Assembly (NCBI GenBank): GCA_051294905.1
Contig: CM119383.1
Span: 7,998,001 to 8,062,000, forward strand
Length of the DNA stretch: 64,000 nt
Direction: 5' to 3'
From: Botryllus schlosseri
Taxonomy: Eukaryota
Every line of letters begins with the position of its first letter. Position 1 is the stretch's first letter. Position numbers and translations under genes: made by a program. Below, in pieces: positions 1-9,324 of this stretch. Below the pieces are notes generated by a model. It was not told where the DNA came from. It saw nothing but the letters and a program-made list of their open reading frames with translations, and searched no databases.

Positions 1-101
1 GGGAAAAATTCACCGATTTTTGAGAATTCTTCTCCGGTTTTGCAACTCCCAAATTTCTGAAAAAGTGTCCTCTTTTTAGATTTCCAAATATGGTAAGCCT
101 A
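1..101 (-). mobile_element. Truncated end of a hAT (Tip100/Arthur-like) MITE, same family as 10479..10730
   Basis: 1..101 (gggaaaaattcaccgatttttgagaattc...aaaagtgtcctctttttagatttccaaatatggtaagccta) matches the reverse complement of 10479..10580 and ends in a TAGG-type terminus. Confidence 0.75.
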
Positions 102-324
102 ATATATAGTCGATCACTGTATGAACTTCGCACTTCCAGCAGATCAGTGGTTCTACCGTGTGGTACACGAGATGTTTCCAGGTGGTACTGGAAACAATTT
201 CTGGTGACATATTCATCAAACTATACAGTCAAATGCCACCTTTAATTCATTAAACTACATCGCAAATGGCATTCTCTCTGGCGCATATGTATAAGCAGGA
301 ACGGACTACATGGTTGGTTCGATT

Positions 325-448
325 ATGTTCACAATAAGAACAGTTTTGTTCAAAATAAGAACAGTGTCATGTTCACAATAAGAACAGTCATGTTTACAAC
401 AGGAACAGTCTCATGTTCAAAATAAGAACAGTCGTTATATTCACAATA
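325..448. repeat. Minisatellite, ~20-bp unit (atgttcacaataagaacagt), about 5-6 copies
   Basis: Repeated aataagaacag...tgttca units are visible directly. Confidence 0.85.
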
Positions 449-469
449 ACTTCAGTCGCAGCACCAACA

Positions 470-705
470 TATCCCCCAGACACGATGTCCGGGTGGCAAC
501 ATAGTCCGAACACACCCCAGACATGATGTCCGATTACTCCCCAGACACGATGTCCGAGTGCCAACGCAGTCCGAACAAACCCCAGACACGATGTCCGAGT
601 GGCAACGTAGTCCGAACACGCCCCAGACATGATGTCCAAACACTCCCCAGACATGATGTCCGATTACTCCCCAGACACGATGTCCGAGTGCCAAAGCTAC
701 GATCA
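470..705. repeat. Minisatellite of mixed ~24/40-bp units built on ccccagaca(c)gatgtccga
   Basis: The core ccccagacacgatgtccgag recurs at least 6 times. It explains the repetitive spurious ORFs at 394..741. Confidence 0.85.
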
Positions 706-984
706 ATGATGTTCATTCTAGAATTGGGGAATTCCCTTTAGCAAAAAAAAGAAAAAGGGTTCACAAGTAGATGTTGCCGAGTTCACAGGAGTTTTCGCGA
801 TTTCTGCTGCAATTCGTATAAGATAGATGTAGAATTTTATTCTTGCGTACAGAATTCTAGTAACATATGGAATAGCCCAATATTGATATATTGATAACCA
901 CTTACACTAGAAAGCGGATTTGGGATTTTGGGCTTGAAAGATGCAGAAGCAACAAGCTTCTGTCTCACTTCTTCGGAACGTTGT

Positions 985-1255
985 CTTAAGAGAGAGAGAG
1001 AGAGATATGATATTCTTTCTCGCCTGCACCATCGAGATGGTTTGGCGACGGAGTTGCGATACGGCCCCATGAGGTCATCTAGTCTGCGCCCCCGTTTTTT
1101 TTTTTTTCTCCTCCATGCTATCCGTGATTGCTGAGCGCCTAGCAGGATAGCTGCGGATACCATTTTTCGAGTCTTTGGTATGACCCGGCCGGGGATCGAA
1201 CCCACGACCTACCGCTCGAGAAGCCGGACGCATAACCATTACACTATCTCGCTGA
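985..1255 (-). mobile_element. tRNA-derived SINE, probably carrying a Meta-type core domain
   Basis: The minus strand has an A box TAGTGTAATGG and a B box GGTTCGATCCC. These are followed by gtcataccaaagactcgaaaaatggta...gctaggcgctcagca (recalled as MetaSINE-like) and a (TC)n tail. There is no tRNA acceptor stem. Confidence 0.7.
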
Positions 1256-2092
1256 ACAGAAAAAAGTTAGGAATAAATTATTGATTTGTAGACCGACAAG
1301 ATTTTGAAGTTTGTGCAGACTAATACTCTGGTAGTGAAACCATCTTTCCAATATTTCTTTTTTTTTCAATATAGGCTAGAATTGATGTTTTTGTGTTTTC
1401 AATATGGATATGCAATTAATGTGCTTTCACAATTGATTTGTCAGTCACAAGATCAGTCACTACACGCTTTTGGCATCGTACCCACTGCTTCAGTGCCTAA
1501 TTTTACCTAAAACGATATAAAAACAATAATTGGCTTGTAACTTTTTTCCTGTTCATTTTTAAGACAAAGTTCTGTGGAAAAGAGGGATGTCGGATGGATT
1601 CTTGTTGCTTCTGCATCTTTTTAGCCAAAAATCAGCTTTCTAGTGTAAGTATATAGCAAAATTAGCTATTTTTGGCTCGTTTGGTGAAATTGCACGACCA
1701 CTAGAGGTACACGAGCCCAAAATCATTATAGAAATTTTATATTTTTTTATTTTGCACCACAAATGAAGTGTCTGTTAGAAATTCAAAATTTCCGGTAGTT
1801 CACTCCACCCTTACAATACAATATGATACAATTTAACACCAGCATGAGATATTGAGTTTAGAGCCAGAGATGTCAGTTACTTTAGAATTATAGTTGTATA
1901 TATTGTTCGAGGTAGTCAAAACCCCAAAATCTGTTGTATGGCCACACGGTCACAATATATGCTGATGTAGTCAGGTATTGATGTAAATATGCTTTACTAA
2001 TACTGTACTTACTAACGTATTTTTCATAACGTTTGCAGTCTTGCATTAAATAATATTATAATCATATTATGATCAATTGAAATCTTGGAGCC

Positions 2093-4789
2093 ATGACTGA
2101 AATACCTGGCATTTCTTATGATGAATTGTTTACATCAAAAGACAATGAATGCTACCTGGGAGAGGGATCCTTTGGTCTGGTCTACAGGTGCTACCACCAA
2201 ACTATTGGAGATGTTGCTGTCAAGATATTGAATTCAGCAACTTCTAAACCTGTCCAGTCGTTCAACAAAGAAGGTCAGATGCATTTGCGTGCAAATATGT
2301 GTGAGCATATCTTAACCTTACATGGCATCACGCAGAAAGATAATTTTGTGGGTCTTGTTCTTGAGTACATGCCATATGGTTCTCTGTCGGGTATGGTCCT
2401 GAATGAGGATATCAAACTGCCTTGGCGTTTCCGATTACGAACATTGTGCGAAATAGCATCAGGAATTCATTATCTTCACCATCTACCACATGGAAGAAGA
2501 CTTGTACATTGCGATATAAAATTGGAAAATATCCTCTTGAATGGTGATCTTCATGCCAAGATTGGAGACTTTGGCGGTGCTAACTTGTCAACTTACACTG
2601 GACACACCATGACCACTACAAGCAGAGGCACCAGAGGTGTGGAATGTGATGAGAGAAAACTGCAATATACTTTGAGTTACACTGCACCCGAAGTGCTTTC
2701 TTGCATAGACATTGATCGGACCCCAGCAATGGATGTATATAGCATGGGCATAGTCATGTATGTAATTACAGTACGGAGAAATGCCTTTGACACACTAGAA
2801 AAAGACGTGATCATACATGGAGTGAAAAGTGGGCAACGTCCAAAAAAATATATCAAGGATGTCGAAGACGACCTGGTTGAAGATGGAGATGATGTAGGTT
2901 TACAAATTTTCAGACTTCTTGGCCACCTACGACCTCAATGTTGGCATCAAGACCCCTTACAGCGTATGAAAATAGAGAATATTCGTAATAGCTTGGTGAA
3001 CAAATTCAACAGTTTCTCATTGGATTCGGTGGAAAGGGACTTAGCGATTGTTAAGGCACAACTACAACGCGGTAATCCCACTGTGCCTTCGGATTGTGTA
3101 CCAATAATTCAAAAATACAAAGAATTGTTGCAAGGTGGTAAACTCGTTGTTCCGAATTCATCAAGAACGGGGACCAAAGATAAGCCCCATCAACGAGCGT
3201 TTGTGCAAGGTAACCGTAGAGCACCTGACACATCACAGTCGAATGTCCAACAGAGCCCTGTACGTCAACCACAGGCAGAATCACCAACCCTACCATATCT
3301 GGCTGGCGCATTGGGCTCGCCGCGGTCACAAAGCACTTCTGGAATGAGGGCAACTCAGCACGCACCTCAGCCGGTAAGAAGCTTTTCAACCCCTAACCCG
3401 TCACTGACCAAGCCTCATATCATTCAAAGATCACCCAGCCCCAGCACTGCTTTACCAGAAGAAATATCTCAAGTCAATATATCTTCTTCACCACAGCAAC
3501 AGGGTGTGATAGAACTAGAAGCAAGCTTTCGAGATCCCTATTTGCGTCAAGGAAATGCGGTGACCATGATAACAGATTTAGCGGCGATCAAAAATGCCCA
3601 GGTTGGCCACGGTGGTTGGCACGACAAATTATTGAATGTGAGGGATGTTCAAGGTATTGTACGGTCAGTGGAGCCCAATGGTGATGTCACTGTTTCATTT
3701 TCAGGCGTTGAAAGCCATCGATTCAATCCGATCTCGTTAACTAAATTGCCATCTTCAAATGATTTGAGTGTGGGAGATTTCGTTAAGATTGCTCTGGAAA
3801 AGGACATCGTTAGTGCAATGCAGGAAGGACACGGGGGTTGGGTGGATGATATGTATAAATATTTCAAAGAAGATGGTCTTGTTTTTCGCTTTCTTTCCGA
3901 GGGAGATGTCCTCGTGGTGTATAAAACAGGGAAATACTTCAGGTACAACCCAGAAGTACTCACCAAGGTCAGAAATACACAGGAAGGTGTCCGGTTGAAC
4001 GATAACCCAGACATCGAAATCGGAGATTACGTTTACTACGATATGGACCGAGAGTTGCTGAAAGAATTGCAAGAACATTGCGGCGGGTGGAACGACGCTA
4101 TGGCTGATTTACAGGGAAAAGCTGGAAAATTTGTGTACGCCGATTATCACGGACGCGCTTTTATCGCTTACAGCAGCAAACAATGTTTTGTGTTCAATGC
4201 CGCAGTTATGAACAAAATTTCAACGGAAGAAGCCGTGCGGCGTTTCAAGCAGTCGAAAGAGGAAGCGAAAAAGGTTTCCAAGGAAAAAACAGAGAAACAG
4301 TTCAAAAAAAATAGGTTTGCGGTCGGCGACAAGGTTCGTGTATGCCTTCCTCTGGATATAGTAGTTGAGTTGCAAAAAGGTAACGGCGGCTGGTGCTACC
4401 AGATGCTTGAAGTTTACGGAATATCCGGCGTGGTTAAAGAATTCGATGAAGGTGAAAACGCTCAAGTGCTCTTTGACACCGGTAATAAATGGACCTTCAA
4501 TCCAGCGTCGTTGGAGAGAGTTCCGCTTGACGGCAATGCCGCCCCTCCCGATTATACCCCACCGTTTAAAATCGGCGATAAAGTACGAGTGAGTTTGAGA
4601 GAACTGAATAATGCGTCTCTAAATCAGATGCGGATAGCTTTCAAGCAGTTGGAGATTCCCGAGGATAAAGTGGAGATTTTGATGAAGACAGGCACGGTGC
4701 TCGGTATCGATGACGATATAGACGTCATAGTGTCGTTTGGTGACGAGAAAAACTACGGTTTGAAGCCGGAGCAACTTCAAAAAATATAA
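2093..4789 (+). CDS. Intronless RIPK-like (TKL) protein kinase with five C-terminal Mind-bomb REP (SH3_15-like) repeats, 898 aa
   Basis: Kinase motifs are GEGSFG, VAVK, HCDIKLENILL, DFG and YTAPE. A P/S/Q-rich linker follows, then repeats of the form GDxVxx...QxGHGGW...GxV..GDVxV.F....FNPxxLxK. A tttgcag acceptor lies ~55 nt upstream of the ATG. Confidence 0.9.
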   Translation: MTEIPGISYDELFTSKDNECYLGEGSFGLVYRCYHQTIGDVAVKILNSATSKPVQSFNKEGQMHLRANMCEHILTLHGITQKDNFVGLVLEYMPYGSLSGMVLNEDIKLPWRFRLRTLCEIASGIHYLHHLPHGRRLVHCDIKLENILLNGDLHAKIGDFGGANLSTYTGHTMTTTSRGTRGVECDERKLQYTLSYTAPEVLSCIDIDRTPAMDVYSMGIVMYVITVRRNAFDTLEKDVIIHGVKSGQRPKKYIKDVEDDLVEDGDDVGLQIFRLLGHLRPQCWHQDPLQRMKIENIRNSLVNKFNSFSLDSVERDLAIVKAQLQRGNPTVPSDCVPIIQKYKELLQGGKLVVPNSSRTGTKDKPHQRAFVQGNRRAPDTSQSNVQQSPVRQPQAESPTLPYLAGALGSPRSQSTSGMRATQHAPQPVRSFSTPNPSLTKPHIIQRSPSPSTALPEEISQVNISSSPQQQGVIELEASFRDPYLRQGNAVTMITDLAAIKNAQVGHGGWHDKLLNVRDVQGIVRSVEPNGDVTVSFSGVESHRFNPISLTKLPSSNDLSVGDFVKIALEKDIVSAMQEGHGGWVDDMYKYFKEDGLVFRFLSEGDVLVVYKTGKYFRYNPEVLTKVRNTQEGVRLNDNPDIEIGDYVYYDMDRELLKELQEHCGGWNDAMADLQGKAGKFVYADYHGRAFIAYSSKQCFVFNAAVMNKISTEEAVRRFKQSKEEAKKVSKEKTEKQFKKNRFAVGDKVRVCLPLDIVVELQKGNGGWCYQMLEVYGISGVVKEFDEGENAQVLFDTGNKWTFNPASLERVPLDGNAAPPDYTPPFKIGDKVRVSLRELNNASLNQMRIAFKQLEIPEDKVEILMKTGTVLGIDDDIDVIVSFGDEKNYGLKPEQLQKI

Positions 4790-4869
4790 CCGCATGTATC
4801 ATCATTTCAACTTAATTCTGCATTTCGTATTTTAGACAGACAAGAGCCTATTCCAGTGATTGCCTTATA

Positions 4870-5131
4870 CGCTGTAATGTAAAAACATGCCGTCCCTTTA
4901 TTATCTTTCGTTTTACCGCATTGTAATGGATTCTGCAAGAATAGTGTGATCAGCAAAATAAAATCATGCTGTTGATCCACGCTGTATTAGCTTCAGCCAA
5001 TTCCCAGTTTCACTAGTTGACGTCTGCCTGCGCTGTAATGTAAAAATATGCCTTCCCTTTATTATCTTTCATTTTACATCATTGTAACGTCTCATGCAAG
5101 ATCAGCGAAATAAAATTATGCTTTTTAATCC
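4870..5131 (+). repeat. Direct duplication of a ~100-110-bp 3'UTR segment, each copy containing AATAAA
   Basis: cgctgtaatgtaaaaa(c/t)atgcc(g/t)tccctttattatctttc...aaataaaat(c/t)atgct occurs at ~4870 and ~5031. AATAAA is at ~4957 and ~5109. Confidence 0.8.
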
Positions 5132-6229
5132 ATTTGTATTGCTTTCAAACCCTGTATATCCTTGAGTATGAACTTATCTTTCATGTCAGGACGATCAGTT
5201 TCCCTTTGTAATCACTCACCCGCCACCAAATGAAGTGTGAGAAGCAAGCATTCGGCGATAAATCCTTTCCAAGTTCCAAACCCTATTTTTGAGAAGTCCT
5301 ACATGTTTCTTGTTCAATTTATTATAAATACAATGAAAGAAAAGTACAAGAGTGTGAAGTTGATTTGTTCGAATTGGACGGAAAACAGTAGGTTAGTAAT
5401 GATCACATACTTGGAGTGCTCAATTAGATTTGCCCACTGGCACCGACTACTCAAGCGGTCATGATTTTAGACTACTTCCACTCATCAGTCGTTTAGAACA
5501 AACTACTTGCTCATTAGACTTTGTAGTTGTACAGTAGAAGGTAGTTTTGGGTATCTCGGCTTCACCTTTATAATTGTCATAATAACTGGGCAAACAGTCC
5601 CAGTGCCACGGTATCTGAATTTATTTCGGAAAAATGCATCCACATGTAGAGTCATTAATCTTTTGGCATTATTTCCGAAGATTCATCAAAAGCACTCACC
5701 TCTGATTATTATCTGCTAAAGTATGCAACATTTCCAACAAATCTACTTTTTGACAGTAGGACTACACAAGTATATTTCACGGCCACTTGCAGTAGCTTTG
5801 AAAATAGTTATTTCTACTTGAGTAGGAATTTACAGCATTACTTCTATTCGAGTAGCAATGATGATAACTTCAACCACCTCTGACAAATGCAACATAGAAA
5901 GAAATGTATTCACACACAAGATTGAAAATGAAAGGTTCTTCGCACAATACATTACCTTATCAATGTGAGATCACATTAAATGTTCCGGAAAGTATGTGCG
6001 ACGGTGTAAATTTGTGTCAAATGACTGCATTGGATAATAACAAACAATCAAATTGCAATTCGAACGTAAAAATGCACCAAAGATGAGGAACAATTGCAGC
6101 TATCAATTCCACCATGACTACTTGCCCATCGGAAACACTTCAAGGACTAGTTCAATACTGCTACTGAAATTTTTTTCATTCATTCACCAATGACAAAATA
6201 TATCAAAGTTGTTAAGGTGTCAATTAGGA

Positions 6230-9091
6230 TCACGTTCTCGACGATAATTTTCCATCCTCTTCGATTTTCCATAACATCAATTTCATACACGCAGACGCAT
6301 CCTCCGCGCTGTCGTGACCTTCAGACGCACCCGATTGAATGACGATACCAAGATTTTCCGATGTTATATTTCTCAACGCACGCTTGTATGGAAAACCTTG
6401 TTTATGAGGGAACACAATCGAAGTGTCAATAACTGTTTCGTGGATTAATCTCAAAGCAACAAGGTCACTTTCGAGGCTGTGTCCCATCAAAATAGTATCG
6501 GCCGAAAATTTACACAAAAAAGTTGCTTGGACATCTCTCAATGTGGTCTTGACGCCTACCATATCCTGCTCTGTGATGCCACTCCAACGTGTGTTATAAT
6601 CCAGTACTCTGCCCGATGGCCGTACAAAAGTATCATACACGAGTTTGCATTTGTGGTCAAGCACACTGACTCTGGTCAGCTCGAGACCGTTTGTAGTGTA
6701 GGACATCTCACAATCGAGGGTGTAAATGCCGCAATTTCCATCAGGAGGCGGAGATTTGGCTAAGGTTCTCATATACCCAGATCGGTCTAATTTATTGTCA
6801 GCATGAACATGAGTGTCGCAAATAGCACAGCCTTCGGTGCCTTGGCGTTCTTGACAGCACGAATATCGCTTTTCCCATCCCTTACCTACCCTTGTCATGT
6901 ACGCTCTGCCCCAGTGATACGTACACTCCTCTTCTTTCGCGAATTTGCCTTTTCTGCTCAAAAAGAATTCCTTACCGCAGCGTACACAGATTTTCTTTTC
7001 ACTGGCGTTGAATGGTTTCATCGATTTTTCAGTTCTGAATTCGGCCTTGCCAGGGATATCACCGGGTCTCGGATACCCGTTCGCATCAAGTTGATCGTGC
7101 GTCATTATGTAAGTGCACATCTTCTCATACAAATCAGGAAGAGAGAGCTTAGCTCTTTCTTCCTTTTTCTGTATTGTGTATCCTCCTTTGCATGTTTTCG
7201 TATTGGTAATTAAGAGCTGATTGTGGGACATGGTTTTCTTTGTTCCGTTTGTAACTTTGGACTTTGCAGGTTTAGCGATGCAGGACTTATTTTGTGAGGT
7301 AGAACCCAAGGCCGGTTTATCTCTGAGTTTTCGTAGTGCGTTCGCCGCCAAACTGTTGTATATCACTTTGGAGCTACTTCGCTTTTTGCACTGTTCTTCT
7401 TCCATCAACGCCATAGAATAGGCTTTTTCATGATTTTGATTGCATATGCGCAAACATTCATCGATAAAAACTGTCAAGTATCGATGCCGCGAGTTGGATG
7501 GGACTTTACTGTGACGATCAATCGCAATACGAGGTCGTGGCGGAATGGACGATCCACTTTTGATGGCAATAACGTCCTTGGACTCGTGTGCAACACGGCG
7601 TACGCCTTTTGCAACTGTGCCGCACACGGTTGGTGCGTCCTCCACTTTGGGATACCAGGGGTTTGATGAATACTTTTCATCCAGTTCGCGAATATGTTTT
7701 CGGGATACGGAATTTTTCGCACGGACATCGGCCATTTTGTCGCTCACTTGATGAGCGACACGTTTTGTAAATTGTCCGGAAAGGACTCGTTGAGCTTCTT
7801 CCTCCTCGATGATATCGAGTCTTGCCATCATCATCTGTGCTGGTGTGGATCGTCGGTGTTTGATCTTAGAGGTAGTTGGTCGTTTCAGATTTTCTGCAGA
7901 TGAGGTAGCGTTTACGTGGGCTACTCTACGTTTTCCTATTGTGGGTGGTGCTTTCGGTTCTGGGCTGGATGGGTTCACAACAGTTGGTGTTTTGATGGGA
8001 TTGCTGGTCTTGCATTTCTTCTTGGAAGCTTCTTGAAAGATTTTCAAACATTCTTGGTAGGCGTCAGCTTTCGACAAGTCCTCGTTCAATTGTTTGATTT
8101 CATCCCGATCAACATATTTTGTAATATTCGCAGTGTCCATGTCTCTGGGGCGAATTTTTTTCAATTTAGTAGTCGATATTTTTGGTTTCACTTTGGTGTT
8201 CTTATCCACTTTTCTCGATTTCGATGGCTGGTCTTCTTCACTTCCATGTTTACGTTTCTTACCGGCTCCGTGTTCCAACTTTTGTTTTGATAAATCTTTC
8301 AACTTGGACTTGTCCTTAGTTTTCAATCTAATTTCTTTTGATTTTTTGGATTTGCTTTTCTTTGCGGCTTGATTTTCATCTCTGGTCAAATCGATAACTT
8401 CAGATTGGGATGTTGCAGAGCTTGGCACAGCAGCATCAGATTCAAAGTTGCTATCTTTTTCTTTGTCACTCTCATCTCCGAATATTTCTGATAGAGTGGT
8501 GACAGAACCAGTAGTTTTAGCATCCTCATCTTCAACAATAACAAATTTCTCCTCATCAATATCTTCCTGAGCACTGACGCCAAAATATTCATCGCAACTC
8601 ACTTCGTCGTCTGATACTTGATCTTGCGAGTAACTGGTACTTGGACTAGGCCCATTTGATTCATTTGAGGAATCCCTAATATTGTTTGATTTTGAATTGC
8701 GAATAGGATTGTAACTTCGACTAGACGTACTGTAATTAACAACTGGATCATATTCCATGTCAGTAGAAGGGTGGGTAAGTGAATGACTTCTGTAAATGTT
8801 CTTTTGTTTGGGCTTAGAGGGTCCTCTTGCATATGGCAGGACAGATGAAGATTTATCACTGCTCGATGCAGAGGACTCATAAGGGATAGGTTCGTAGCTT
8901 TCATTTTGTATAGGAAGCCCCCGTAATTCGTTCTTGATTTTCTCGATAGTATTTTCGATACTAGCGACGTGTGTTGAAGATGCGTTGTCCCTTTGTCTAG
9001 ATTTGTGACGGAATGGACAGTAAGGTCTCCGACAGCCGGATGCTTCTGCGGGACACGGCACGCCAGAGAAATATCCCGCGGATCGAAGCAT
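6230..9091 (-). CDS. REXO1: RNA exonuclease 1 homolog (Elongin A-binding protein 1), intronless, 953 aa
   Basis: N-terminal CRRPYCPFRH, CVRCGKEF and HWGR motifs, and a DEDDh exonuclease (LDCEM, GHSLESDL, HDSAEDA). Confidence 0.95.
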   Translation of the reverse strand: MLRSAGYFSGVPCPAEASGCRRPYCPFRHKSRQRDNASSTHVASIENTIEKIKNELRGLPIQNESYEPIPYESSASSSDKSSSVLPYARGPSKPKQKNIYRSHSLTHPSTDMEYDPVVNYSTSSRSYNPIRNSKSNNIRDSSNESNGPSPSTSYSQDQVSDDEVSCDEYFGVSAQEDIDEEKFVIVEDEDAKTTGSVTTLSEIFGDESDKEKDSNFESDAAVPSSATSQSEVIDLTRDENQAAKKSKSKKSKEIRLKTKDKSKLKDLSKQKLEHGAGKKRKHGSEEDQPSKSRKVDKNTKVKPKISTTKLKKIRPRDMDTANITKYVDRDEIKQLNEDLSKADAYQECLKIFQEASKKKCKTSNPIKTPTVVNPSSPEPKAPPTIGKRRVAHVNATSSAENLKRPTTSKIKHRRSTPAQMMMARLDIIEEEEAQRVLSGQFTKRVAHQVSDKMADVRAKNSVSRKHIRELDEKYSSNPWYPKVEDAPTVCGTVAKGVRRVAHESKDVIAIKSGSSIPPRPRIAIDRHSKVPSNSRHRYLTVFIDECLRICNQNHEKAYSMALMEEEQCKKRSSSKVIYNSLAANALRKLRDKPALGSTSQNKSCIAKPAKSKVTNGTKKTMSHNQLLITNTKTCKGGYTIQKKEERAKLSLPDLYEKMCTYIMTHDQLDANGYPRPGDIPGKAEFRTEKSMKPFNASEKKICVRCGKEFFLSRKGKFAKEEECTYHWGRAYMTRVGKGWEKRYSCCQERQGTEGCAICDTHVHADNKLDRSGYMRTLAKSPPPDGNCGIYTLDCEMSYTTNGLELTRVSVLDHKCKLVYDTFVRPSGRVLDYNTRWSGITEQDMVGVKTTLRDVQATFLCKFSADTILMGHSLESDLVALRLIHETVIDTSIVFPHKQGFPYKRALRNITSENLGIVIQSGASEGHDSAEDASACMKLMLWKIEEDGKLSSRT

Positions 9092-9324
9092 GTCCGAACT
9101 CGTGAACTGCGGAGGCTGCTAGAATGAACACGGCTGGTCTTTCATCGCGGAACGGCCCGTGTGTTTTCTTCTGGACTAATCTGCTGTGGTTCTGCTTGAG
9201 AGAACAAGTAAATCAAAGTTCAGCGAAGCGTTTTACATTTCAGCTGGGTTCGCCGTCTTCATGGTCCAATGTAGACAGATAGTATTCGAGTTCGAGATTG
9301 GAGGGTTTTGAATTCGCCAAATTT
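9092..9324. promoter_or_regulatory. 233-bp head-to-head region between REXO1 and TMEM60, with oppositely oriented 3' splice acceptors
   Basis: The ATGs diverge at 9091 (-) and 9325 (+). Pyrimidine-rich acceptors occur at 9242-9243 (+, ttttacatttcag) and 9193-9192 (-, tttacttgttctctcaagcag). Confidence 0.55.

Noticed and set aside
394-741. Repetitive short ORFs on both strands
   Set aside because: They are by-products of the minisatellite.
1180-1255. Possible tRNA gene
   Set aside because: A and B boxes are present but there is no acceptor stem, and the sequence continues into a SINE body.
3400-3620. Possible RHIM in the kinase (AQVG)
   Set aside because: AQVGHGGW is part of the first MIB repeat, not an I/V-Q-I/V-G RHIM core.
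5300-5880. ctacttc/agtag-rich stretches (also ~13030-13370, ~36780-37250, ~39660-39800, ~46400-46630) suggesting another MITE family
   Set aside because: They are too degenerate to define paired TIRs or TSDs reliably.
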